From positions 1 through 64,000 of IMG/VR virus record IMGVR_UViG_3300037067_001739: DNA of 64,000 nt, one strand, 5' to 3'. Source of the stretch: a virus. Its lineage: Duplodnaviria; Caudoviricetes. A program made the translations under genes and the position numbers. Shown one piece after another: positions 55,710-64,000 of the stretch (positions are counted from its first letter, which is position 1; each line of letters opens with the position of its first letter). Below the pieces are notes generated by a model that worked only from the letters and a program-made list of their open reading frames with translations, ran no database searches and was not told the DNA's origin.

Positions 55710-55960
55710 ATCTTTGCCAGTATCTCACCGATTTCGTGTGCTACTTCGGGTTTGATTATGATGTTCTGACCCTTAGCCGCAAACTTCTTCTCATTCTCAT
55801 TCTTCCATACCTGTAGCTGGATAAACTCTGCACCCCAACACTTCACCTTTGCTACACGTACAGTAGAGAATTTATTTTTCGTGACCTCACCAAGAACTTC
55901 AAGAAGCTGAAACTTCCCATTCTTCTTGTCATATTTAGTATCTACTTCTGAAAAAGACAT
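55706..55960 (-). CDS. Possible PC4/YdbC-like ssDNA-binding protein
   Basis: VRVAKV...FIQLQVW...KG pattern. Confidence 0.4.
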   Translation of the reverse strand: MSFSEVDTKYDKKNGKFQLLEVLGEVTKNKFSTVRVAKVKCWGAEFIQLQVWKNENEKKFAAKGQNIIIKPEVAHEIGEILAKI

Positions 55961-55978
55961 TTCTCACTCTCCACTTAC

Positions 55979-56007
55979 ATTATAACACATTCGCTTCTCA
56001 AAGTCAA
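55979..56007 (-). promoter_or_regulatory. Sigma70-type promoter
   Basis: TTGACT-17 nt-TATAAT with TG. Confidence 0.85.
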
Positions 56008-56024
56008 GCCTAGCTGTGGCGATG

Positions 56025-57035
56025 CTAATTGTGTGCTCCATCACCAATCGTTTGCCCACCTGAGTTGTCGGAGAAGCGGTGAGCACCATATATCTTATCT
56101 GACTCTATGCCAAGGGTTAGTTCAAAGTAATCACCCTCAACAATTCCCCAAGCACCTTTGTTATCTGTAGTTTCAAACGTGTACTTGTAATCAGTAAGGT
56201 CGTAGTCTTTTATTGTCGTGCGGTTGATGTAATCAGTGTGCGGTACAGTTATAGTTGTAGTTGTCTTACCTGTGCTGATTACCCTCGTTTCTACCCAATG
56301 GTGCGTGTCATGTTGAGTAGATGTAACCACACCATATCCACTATAGGTTGTTGCCTCCATGTTAGCACTTGCCGCACTTATCCCCACAAAGATTCCCAAA
56401 AGCACTATTAGGACTATAGGTACAATTAAATCATGTTTCTGGAAACCGTCACGCTGTTGCCACAGGAACACAGCAAGAGATAGAACCAATACCCATAGCA
56501 ATATAGGTACAATCATCGGTTGGAATTTGTCCCAAAATGGGACTTTGTATTCTTCGCTGACAGCACCATCAATCTGTGTCTTTAGTGCCTCAATGTAGCG
56601 TATTAGAGTTAGAGATAGGTCGCTGTCCATGTTCTCTTTAGTAAGGATTTTGTCACCGTATGTTTTAGAGAATGGAACTGAAACCACATCGTTACCACTA
56701 CCGATTGAAACAAACCAAGAGTTATCGGGGAAGATGAAAATTGCCGCACCATTATTTCTCTCAGCTTTACCGATACCCATGTCATTGAATGTGGTTATTA
56801 TTTCATCTTCTTCAAGGGTAGCATCAGGAAGTACAACGACTATCTCATAATGAGACTTTGTATCTACTTGCCACAGTCTTGACGCTAGTGCAAGTTCACT
56901 TTCCAGGCTTAACCTATCGGCTGTATCGTAGACATATTTGCCACGAATGTCCTCTTTTGGTGCTCCACCACATGCTGACAATACGAGGACACCTAACAGT
57001 AATACCGCAAGAGCGATTCTCTTAATCATTTTCAC
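56025..57035 (-). CDS. TPM-domain lipoprotein/membrane protein
   Basis: Lipobox LSAC; VYDTADRLS, EIVVV, GIGKAERNNG; two TM helices. Confidence 0.8.
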   Translation of the reverse strand: MKMIKRIALAVLLLGVLVLSACGGAPKEDIRGKYVYDTADRLSLESELALASRLWQVDTKSHYEIVVVLPDATLEEDEIITTFNDMGIGKAERNNGAAIFIFPDNSWFVSIGSGNDVVSVPFSKTYGDKILTKENMDSDLSLTLIRYIEALKTQIDGAVSEEYKVPFWDKFQPMIVPILLWVLVLSLAVFLWQQRDGFQKHDLIVPIVLIVLLGIFVGISAASANMEATTYSGYGVVTSTQHDTHHWVETRVISTGKTTTTITVPHTDYINRTTIKDYDLTDYKYTFETTDNKGAWGIVEGDYFELTLGIESDKIYGAHRFSDNSGGQTIGDGAHN

Positions 57036-57783
57036 CCCCGAACCACTTGTTTACAAGTTCCTCGTATTCGTCTGTACCCATCAAGCTGTTTACAAGTGGT
57101 AACAATCCCTTTGGGTCACCCTTTTGTACAGCTACTCCATATACTTCACCAGTCTCGATGTTACCAATTACAATTATGTCAACGTCACGACTGGCGAAGG
57201 CATCTGCTACAGGTTTGTCCACAAGGATAACGTCAACATTACCAAGCTTTAGGTACTGGATACCCAAGCTAAGTTCACCAAACGTCACGCTATCAGATAC
57301 GGCGAGGTTTGCTTTCACCCATTCCTCGCTTGTAGTCCCCTCTTGATACCCCACGATTAGCCCATTCAGGTTGTTAGCGTCAATAGTAGTTCCAACTTTT
57401 GCTAATATGGCTTGTGACGTGGAGAAGTATGGTTGGGAGAAGCTGACAATTTCCTCACGTTCTGGCGTGATGCTCACAGCAGAGATTACCATGTCCAGCT
57501 TACCCGCCACCAACGCTGGTAGCAAAGCATAGAAGTCTTGGAAGTCCTTGATTACGAGAGTTTTTCCAGCCTCTCGTGCAACCAACTTCACCACATCTAT
57601 ATCAAACCCCACCACTTCTTCACCTTTTCTGTCCTCAAAGGGTGGGAATGGAGTATTGACACCAACAACTATGGTACTTTCGTCTCTCGGTGTTGCCACT
57701 AAATCTTTCGTGGTTAGAATACCAAAGATTGTAGCAGTCACCAGAGCTACTGCGGCTATGATTACTGCTATTTTATTGACCAT
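57022..57783 (-). CDS. Polar amino-acid ABC transporter substrate-binding protein (family 3)
   Basis: FPPFE, GFDIDV, SAVSITPERE..VSFSQPYF, GTTS, YGVAVQKG. Confidence 0.92.
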   Translation of the reverse strand: MVNKIAVIIAAVALVTATIFGILTTKDLVATPRDESTIVVGVNTPFPPFEDRKGEEVVGFDIDVVKLVAREAGKTLVIKDFQDFYALLPALVAGKLDMVISAVSITPEREEIVSFSQPYFSTSQAILAKVGTTIDANNLNGLIVGYQEGTTSEEWVKANLAVSDSVTFGELSLGIQYLKLGNVDVILVDKPVADAFASRDVDIIVIGNIETGEVYGVAVQKGDPKGLLPLVNSLMGTDEYEELVNKWFGGEND

Positions 57784-58353
57784 TTACTTCTCCAAACCTA
57801 AGTTAATGTCAGGTGCTTTTTCTGCGCCAGCCTCAGCTTGGAAACCTTCACGTGGCTCAAAGTTGAACCAACCAGCTATGAGACTGCCAGGGAACGTCTT
57901 AACCTTGTTGTTATAGGTAAGAACGGCTGTATTGAATGCTTTACGTTCATTGTTAATGACACGTTCCACGTTGTCAATAGACGCATTCAACTCGGTAAGT
58001 TGCGCTGTATCAAGAACTGGAACAGCCTCAGCCCTAACATTAGCATAAATACCAGTTACTTCTTGGTTTACGTTGTCAAGTTCATCAGGTGTAGTTGCCT
58101 TATCGTAACCCTCACGAAGTCGGGCTACCTCTGTGTTCAGTTCTATCTGAGCGTCCACAGAAAATTGAGCGACTTCTGCAATACGTGGTATCACATCGAG
58201 TCGTCTCTGGTAAGCGGCTTGAACATCTTCCCATGTCTTGTCAATTGTGTTCCCTGCTGTTACCATGCCGTTGTACGTTACCCACACTGGAAGAACGAAG
58301 AATAGGATTACTGCCACAACGACACCGATTAAAATTCCCCACACTTTATTCAT
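57784..58353 (-). CDS. lemA: LemA family protein
   Basis: TM helix, YNGMV...WEDVQAAYQRRLDVIP, ERKAFN.AV..YNNKVKTFPGSLIA. Confidence 0.92.
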   Translation of the reverse strand: MNKVWGILIGVVVAVILFFVLPVWVTYNGMVTAGNTIDKTWEDVQAAYQRRLDVIPRIAEVAQFSVDAQIELNTEVARLREGYDKATTPDELDNVNQEVTGIYANVRAEAVPVLDTAQLTELNASIDNVERVINNERKAFNTAVLTYNNKVKTFPGSLIAGWFNFEPREGFQAEAGAEKAPDINLGLEK

Positions 58354-59393
58354 TGTTTCCCCTTTCCATTAAAATTTCAGCCACTATGTCTTGCGTTTCT
58401 AGGAGATAAGCCTCCCCGTTCTTGAACTCAAGAACTAATCCCGTTCCATCCGTAAGCAGGGACATGACAAATACCGTTCCATCACTTCCCTCACCACGAG
58501 CCATAGGAATTCGTAGCTGTCCATTGTCCTCAAATTTACTGATTCGCACGTATTGCCTCCAATAGAGCACACCTTTCTTTCTCTACTTTATTCAAGTCAA
58601 TGTTGAAATACTTGGCGAACAATTTCTCATAAGGTTCACGGTGCGGAATGAATTGCTCTTTTGGGTATCCATCCGTTTCCTCAAGAGTACAGATAGTATA
58701 TCCATTCTCATTGAGCCAGTCCACGAAAGCTGATAAGGTATTACTCTGGTCTTGAACCTCAATCATCTTGTCACATTCAGGACACGCTGGCATCTCTTTT
58801 TCCATTGATTTCCTCCTGTTTTTTCGTTGCTTCCTCACAAGTTAAGCCAACTGGAAAGCGTTCATTTGGTGACTTGAACTTAATCCACATATCAACTCGT
58901 TTGTAACAATGCGGACACCAATTCCAGCACACTACTGTATCGTTTCTGCCATCGTCACAGAACACTTCGAAATCTTCGTTACAGTTGGGACACATCCATA
59001 TGATGCCTGTGCGCCTCATTCTTTCAGCCACTCTCGGATACGCTTGATAGCGTCTGGATTATACCCCTTCTTCTCAACTTCATCTAGCTGTGCTGGCAAA
59101 CAATCCACACAGCATCCCTCGCTTAAACCTGTGTTATGCGGAACACCGAAGTAACAAAGGCTCACAACACCCATCTTCTTTCCGCACTTACTACACTTGA
59201 TTGTGTAATCAATTACGTTCATCTTTTGCTTCCTCGATAAACATTAAGATTGCCTCGTACAGACTACCGAAATCCATTTCCTCTACCTTGGTAGCTACCG
59301 CTTCGACAAGTTCATCGGTTAGTTCTATATTCTCAGCTTCGGCTACGTCATAGATGTCTTGGATGTTTAATTCATAGATTCGTCTATTCTTTA

Positions 59394-59930
59394 TCAAATC
59401 TCACCCCTTTTGCTTCTGCCGTAGTAGCAGTACCAGACTTTATTCTCCACATCGTATTTCATGTAAGAGCAACGTCTGTAGGGAGAACCTTTGTAGTTTT
59501 GCCGCATCCAGCTATGATTACAGTCGTCTCGCTCTTTGTATGCACAATAGACTTCATCCATTTCCAATTTGTTGTTATAGATGCCAGTATAGGAGCGCAC
59601 TCCATCAATATGCCTAGTATCAATAACGTTAGGAACACTCTTAATTTCGTGTGCCTTTACGTTCAGTAATTCTCGTTCAATTATTGCGTCTGCTCTAGTG
59701 ATGCACCTGAATCTATCTGAACAAGTGTCACAATACTGGTAACCATGCAGTCTTGCCGCATGATTGACAAGAAAACAATCTACGACCTCAGTCATACAGT
59801 CAGTGCAAACAACTGTCATGAAACGGTCACGGACTACCTTGACCACTCCGATTTTGTCCACGTCTTTGTGGGATTCACAAGTGGGACAATACCATCCATA
59901 ACCTCTAACTTTTGTGAGTAGCTTTTTCAT
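59394..59930 (-). CDS. Cys-rich protein with CxxCxxRFxCxT motif
   Basis: CDTCSDRFRCIT. Confidence 0.6.
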   Translation of the reverse strand: MKKLLTKVRGYGWYCPTCESHKDVDKIGVVKVVRDRFMTVVCTDCMTEVVDCFLVNHAARLHGYQYCDTCSDRFRCITRADAIIERELLNVKAHEIKSVPNVIDTRHIDGVRSYTGIYNNKLEMDEVYCAYKERDDCNHSWMRQNYKGSPYRRCSYMKYDVENKVWYCYYGRSKRGEI

Positions 59931-60090
59931 TTGCTAACTTGTCCTTAGCCCAATCATAGAGAAGGAACACATGCCACAGTTCACCACGCCCTGACGCATT
60001 CCAAAGTGCCTCTGGTGTTACTGGTGTGTCAGGATTATCAAGCTTCATTGCTTTGACAATAATCTCGCACATTTCTTTTCCAGTTGGCAT

Positions 60091-60309
60091 TTATTTCTCC
60101 TTTGGTTTTCTTCCCCTGCCTTCCCACTTACCGCTTGTTTCATGTTCTTTTATCCATTTTAGAACACTATCTGCAAGAAATACACAACTGTTCCCAAGAC
60201 GGATTACAGGAAAATTCTTCTCTCTAACCAATCTTGCTAATTGACTTTTATCAATTTTTAAGAGTTCAAGGATACGTTCCTCGCTCCATACTTCTTGTTC
60301 TAAGACCAT
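60091..60309 (-). CDS. Excisionase/AlpA-like HTH protein
   Basis: ELLKIDKSQLARLVREKNFPVIRLG...F...VLKWI. Confidence 0.7.
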   Translation of the reverse strand: MVLEQEVWSEERILELLKIDKSQLARLVREKNFPVIRLGNSCVFLADSVLKWIKEHETSGKWEGRGRKPKEK

Positions 60310-60888
60310 TTATATAGCCTTTAGTAATTTCTGGCAGGATTTTGACTTGAGACAATTTCCACCAGATTTTTGAAGCTGAACTATCAGCTTTTGTAACGAT
60401 ATTTTTACTTCTTTGGGGAAGTAGAGGTCCACTGCCACCCTCTTTGCTTTGGCTGGGTCGCAGTCTTTCCAGATTTCGTAGAAGACTTTTTGGTCGGCTT
60501 TGTCTTTGAGAGCTTGGTAGATTTCGTTTTCCGTTGTGTAGAGGACGATGGTTTTTCTGTCACCGTACTCTCGGATTTCTGTTCTACCTTTTCTTTCTGG
60601 TTTAACAGTCCCTCTATTCCTGACTTTATTGGGTGCTTTTTGTATTCTTCCCATTGTTTCTCATCCAATCCTATAGGATATGCGTCAAGAGTGCCAGGTT
60701 CACGACCTTGCTTGAACATCGTAAGCCAGTAAATCTTACCATCAAAAAACACTTCACCTTGATTCCCCCACTCATCTGTTATCCACCTTGTAGATGAACG
60801 GTCTTTGGTTTCACCGTCATGGGTAACCTTGCGTCTCTTTTTGGATTGCTTTTTGAAAGCTTCCTTACGGGCTACCTTCTCAGCTTTT

Positions 60889-61197
60889 TCAATTTCCTTT
60901 TTGACTTTTTTGCTGTATCGCATATTCTTCTACCAACCTATCAGCTATTCTCGCAAGAAGTGATTCATCGAATTTGCCCAAGTTTTTATTGATTTCTACT
61001 CGTGTCCCAAAGCACTTCATGAACAGATGATTGTCACCCATTTCTTCACGCATTATCCGTACTGCATGTAGCGGGCAACAACTACTCTGTGATGTATAAC
61101 AACCGAATCGGAAGTCACAAGCACTACAGGGTGGGGCTTTGAATGTAAAGATGTCCTCGGTAACTTGAGTTATCTCCATGACACACCCTCTATCCAT
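60889..61197 (-). CDS. Protein with CxxCxxRFxCYT motif
   Basis: CSACDFRFGCYT. Confidence 0.6.
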   Translation of the reverse strand: MDRGCVMEITQVTEDIFTFKAPPCSACDFRFGCYTSQSSCCPLHAVRIMREEMGDNHLFMKCFGTRVEINKNLGKFDESLLARIADRLVEEYAIQQKSQKGN

Positions 61198-61550
61198 TCA
61201 ACGCCCTTTATCTTTAGTCGCATCGGTTCGTTACCCTCAGCAGACAAAAACTGAGCCAAGATAACTCCATGAAAGATGTGAAACATACCATCATGCTCGG
61301 CATGTATTGTAACCTTGCTACCTACCATATTTCCACACTTAAAACACTTCGGGCAGACAGCATCAAGTTCAAATCCATCCTGTCCAGCCAACTGTCGGTT
61401 CATACTTAAATGAACTATCTGGAATGTGGAACGTCTGCTTGTCCAGCATTTGAATCGTTCATCGCATACTTGGCATTTGCTTTCATCTTTCTCGACACAC
61501 TCGTACTCAAGTTCTGCGTACATGAGCATTTCCTCAGTCGGTATTGCCAA
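61170..61550 (-). CDS. Protein with CxxCxxRFxCWT motif
   Basis: CQVCDERFKCWT. Confidence 0.6.
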   Translation of the reverse strand: MAIPTEEMLMYAELEYECVEKDESKCQVCDERFKCWTSRRSTFQIVHLSMNRQLAGQDGFELDAVCPKCFKCGNMVGSKVTIHAEHDGMFHIFHGVILAQFLSAEGNEPMRLKIKGVEWIEGVSWR

Positions 61551-61749
61551 TGTCGTCTACCACCTTGAGCAAGTCACTCAGTCTAGGGATTTCCCCCGAC
61601 TTGACTTTTACAGGATTGTGTTTTACACGTTCTGTAAAGCACTGAAACCTATTTTTACATGCGTTACAACAAGTGGGGTCAGTTTTCATTTTGTCACATT
61701 GACTTATTACTAGCTGACCCTCGACCCATTCAAAATGCACTTTTCCCAT
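61534..61749 (-). CDS. Protein with CxxCxxRFxCFT motif
   Basis: CNACKNRFQCFT. Confidence 0.6.
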   Translation of the reverse strand: MGKVHFEWVEGQLVISQCDKMKTDPTCCNACKNRFQCFTERVKHNPVKVKSGEIPRLSDLLKVVDDIGNTD

Positions 61750-61758
61750 TACACTTAC

Positions 61759-61787
61759 ACTATAGCACAAGCCACGTGCATAGTCAA
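61759..61787 (-). promoter_or_regulatory. Sigma70-type promoter driving three motif genes
   Basis: TTGACT-17 nt-TATAGT with TG. Confidence 0.75.
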
Positions 61788-61800
61788 GCCTGGACGTTGG

Positions 61801-62181
61801 CTATTGCTTTATGTAATCTCGAAAGTCCTTATATGTCGGGAATTTCTCCCGCATAAGCTTTGCCACACCTTCACGGTCAAGACCTTGCTCTTTCATGAGG
61901 TAATTCACAATGTCACTTTCTGACGCTCTTTGGAAGGTGCAACAAGGGCAGTATTTTGCATCCAGTTCGTAGTAATCAAATTCCTCATCTTCTTCCATCT
62001 TGTCCTCAACCGCTTCCCTACCACCTACTGTGTGGTCACGGCAGAATGTGTGTCCGTTTTCGCACTGGAACATATCAGCATCATCAAGACCCATGTCCCA
62101 TCCACTGGCATCCTCTCCGCACACATCGCAGATGAATGACGTGGAACTACTGTTACTTATAAAACCATGTCTTACTTTCAT
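61801..62181 (-). CDS. SNSSS-motif protein 1 (Cys-rich body)
   Basis: MKVRHGFISNSSSTSF. Confidence 0.7.
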   Translation of the reverse strand: MKVRHGFISNSSSTSFICDVCGEDASGWDMGLDDADMFQCENGHTFCRDHTVGGREAVEDKMEEDEEFDYYELDAKYCPCCTFQRASESDIVNYLMKEQGLDREGVAKLMREKFPTYKDFRDYIKQ

Positions 62182-62194
62182 TATAAACTCTCCA

Positions 62195-62524
62195 TTATTT
62201 TCTTAAAGTTTCCCACAAAGATACAATTATCACATGTGAGGCATCATCTGGATGAATCACGAAATCATCAGTCTCTAATGGGGTAAGCTTCATTCCCCTC
62301 TCTATGGCTACTCGTTTGCAGTCAACAAGTAGCTCGGTTTTCTTATCCCACAACTTATAGTAATTCCGTATATGAGTGCCAAAACCATGATGATACAAGT
62401 ACAATTCATGCTCTCTTAGGACACTCTTTATATTGTTTTTAGATGATTCCTCAAGTCTGGATATGATGTCCTTGACCGCCGCATCAACGGTTAGTATCCT
62501 GTCCTCAACGATGAAATCTTCCAT
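62195..62524 (-). CDS. Conserved hypothetical protein
   Basis: HHGFGTHIRNYYKLW...HPDDASHVII. Confidence 0.65.
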   Translation of the reverse strand: MEDFIVEDRILTVDAAVKDIISRLEESSKNNIKSVLREHELYLYHHGFGTHIRNYYKLWDKKTELLVDCKRVAIERGMKLTPLETDDFVIHPDDASHVIIVSLWETLRK

Positions 62525-62525
62525 G

Positions 62526-62915
62526 CTACTCTGAGCTTACTTCGCCATAGTGCAGGTCTACTTCATTTTCCGTGTACGTTACCCCAAGTTTCTTTGCCGC
62601 CTCGATGAATTCTTTCTTCAATTCGAGAACGGTCTTACCAGCTTTCAACGCTTCCTCAGCGTAGATGCCGACATAATAAGGTTCGTAGCTGTCACGCATA
62701 ACCTCTGCATCCTCGGTGTCCCAATCAAATTCTCCACCTAAGAATACCAAAGATTTGCCATTGTACTCACCACCAAACCCATCTTCAAGACTAACCTTGT
62801 CAGCAACAGCTAACTGGTTGCCACGTCTGTCTGACGACCTGTAGCTACAGGATGCACCGACAATAAGGAAACTGGAAGAACTGGAGTTACTTACAAACCC
62901 AAACCTTAACTTCAT
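62526..62915 (-). CDS. SNSSS-motif protein 2
   Basis: MKLRFGFVSNSSSSSF. Confidence 0.7.
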   Translation of the reverse strand: MKLRFGFVSNSSSSSFLIVGASCSYRSSDRRGNQLAVADKVSLEDGFGGEYNGKSLVFLGGEFDWDTEDAEVMRDSYEPYYVGIYAEEALKAGKTVLELKKEFIEAAKKLGVTYTENEVDLHYGEVSSE

Positions 62916-62930
62916 TTGCCTCTCCTTTAC

Positions 62931-63314
62931 TTAGCAGGACTCAGTGCCACCGACTAATTTTACTTCAACGTCAGGTTCACCTATCCCTGCAAAAAGTTCC
63001 TTTAATTTCTTGACATATTCTGCAACTTCATCCATAGATAATGAGAACGTGTCCATATAGGAATCTTCGACAGATGCAAGCCGATACCCGAAGTATCTTC
63101 CTTCGTCAGCATCGTCAAGAGGTTCATCTGCATCTTCTACGATTTCGCTCAGACACACATCCTCAAAACCATCTGCCCACTCAGGTAACTCAAAGCTGAA
63201 CCTCTCTGCCAGCTTTTTCTTGAGTGCTTCCTCGTCTATCTGGCTGACATCTACGGCAACCATGACGAAGCTTTGCGAACTGCTGTTTGAAACAAACCCA
63301 ATTCTTACTTTCAT
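62931..63314 (-). CDS. SNSSS-motif protein 3
   Basis: MKVRIGFVSNSSSQSF. Confidence 0.7.
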   Translation of the reverse strand: MKVRIGFVSNSSSQSFVMVAVDVSQIDEEALKKKLAERFSFELPEWADGFEDVCLSEIVEDADEPLDDADEGRYFGYRLASVEDSYMDTFSLSMDEVAEYVKKLKELFAGIGEPDVEVKLVGGTESC

Positions 63315-63323
63315 TTTTATCTC

Positions 63324-63878
63324 CTAATGATAACTTATTTGCTCGTGTGGCAATTTATTGAATATTCCACCATGTTCAAGTGTAGAATAGTAAGCACCAC
63401 TTTCATCACCATAATGGAATACATAGATAACCCTATCTTTCCACTTCTCAAGCAAAGCATCTACGACCTTCTCAGCCGTCTCTGCATGTGCTTTCTCATA
63501 AGCCTTCCAGTCATAATCCTCTTTTAATTCGGCTTTAAGAATAGTGCTTCCTTTGAATTCCAAGGTAGTTATCTGCTTTGGGATTATCTTGAAATCTTCG
63601 TATTCAGGTTTGCCATCAAACCAACCATTGGCGATTGTATCAAAGACTTTCTGGTTACGGTATTTTTTCGTCCAGCGTCTTTGACCCCTCAAGTCGTTCC
63701 ACACTGTCTTAGCAATGTCCTTGGTGCTGGTAACACCCTCGTCATAAGGGTTACCCATTTCGAGGGCATCACCGAACAGCATCTTCTGGACTTCCCTATA
63801 ACCCTTTGGTACGCTAGGAAAAGCCACCACGAACATTGAGCTAGAACTATTGCTTACAAAACCTGCTCTGATTTTCAT
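63324..63878 (-). CDS. SNSSS-motif protein 4
   Basis: MKIRAGFVSNSSSSMF. Confidence 0.7.
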   Translation of the reverse strand: MKIRAGFVSNSSSSMFVVAFPSVPKGYREVQKMLFGDALEMGNPYDEGVTSTKDIAKTVWNDLRGQRRWTKKYRNQKVFDTIANGWFDGKPEYEDFKIIPKQITTLEFKGSTILKAELKEDYDWKAYEKAHAETAEKVVDALLEKWKDRVIYVFHYGDESGAYYSTLEHGGIFNKLPHEQISYH

Positions 63879-64000
63879 TAAGTTGTCTCCTGCTTCAATA
63901 CGATGGCATCTCCTGTTTTAACCAAGTCATTAACCATCTGCTTGAGAGTTCCCCACATCGCATCTTCCTCAAAGGACACAAAGACCCAATCCTTGTTGCC

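Noticed and set aside
17032-61749. The RFxC motif as a DNA-level mobile repeat
   Set aside because: The nucleotide sequences differ at synonymous positions, and no shared flanks, inverted repeats or target duplications were noticed.

Overview
The window is a 64-kb segment of a large, AT-rich tailed-phage genome using genetic code 11. From 1 to 9.3 kb are the end of the tape measure and the tail, baseplate and fibre genes; one ends in an InlB-B-type repeat, which hints at a Chloroflexota (Dehalococcoidia-like) host. From 9.5 to 25 kb are replication, recombination and nucleotide genes (SSB, primase, DnaB, resolvase, ThyX, RNase H, family A polymerase, dCMP deaminase, RecA, RecB/Cas4-like nuclease, HhH-GPD). 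From 25 to 44.6 kb is a + strand region with 36 recognisable tRNAs covering all 20 amino acids, an RNase P RNA, several remodelled tRNA-like RNAs, unknown structured RNAs, four free-standing homing-type nucleases, an IF3 C-domain gene, bS21, panD, NADAR and NUDIX. From 44.7 to 64 kb are convergent - strand accessory genes (CCA-adding enzyme, peptide deformylase, methyltransferase, PurA-like/VWA/kinase cluster, LemA/SBP/TPM). The most notable observations are: (1) a 43-codon ORF filling the P12 loop of the RNase P RNA; (2) a 'tRNA-punctuated' layout, in which ORF starts overlap tRNA CCA ends, ORF stops lie inside the next tRNA, and ncRNAs fill the spacers; (3) a CxxCxxRFxC[FWY]T micro-motif in 19 otherwise unrelated proteins; (4) tRNA-like RNAs lacking a normal anticodon arm; (5) four clustered proteins sharing an N-terminal MKxRxGF[VI]SNSSSxxF motif. 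All calls were made by eye; no database searches or folding programs were run.
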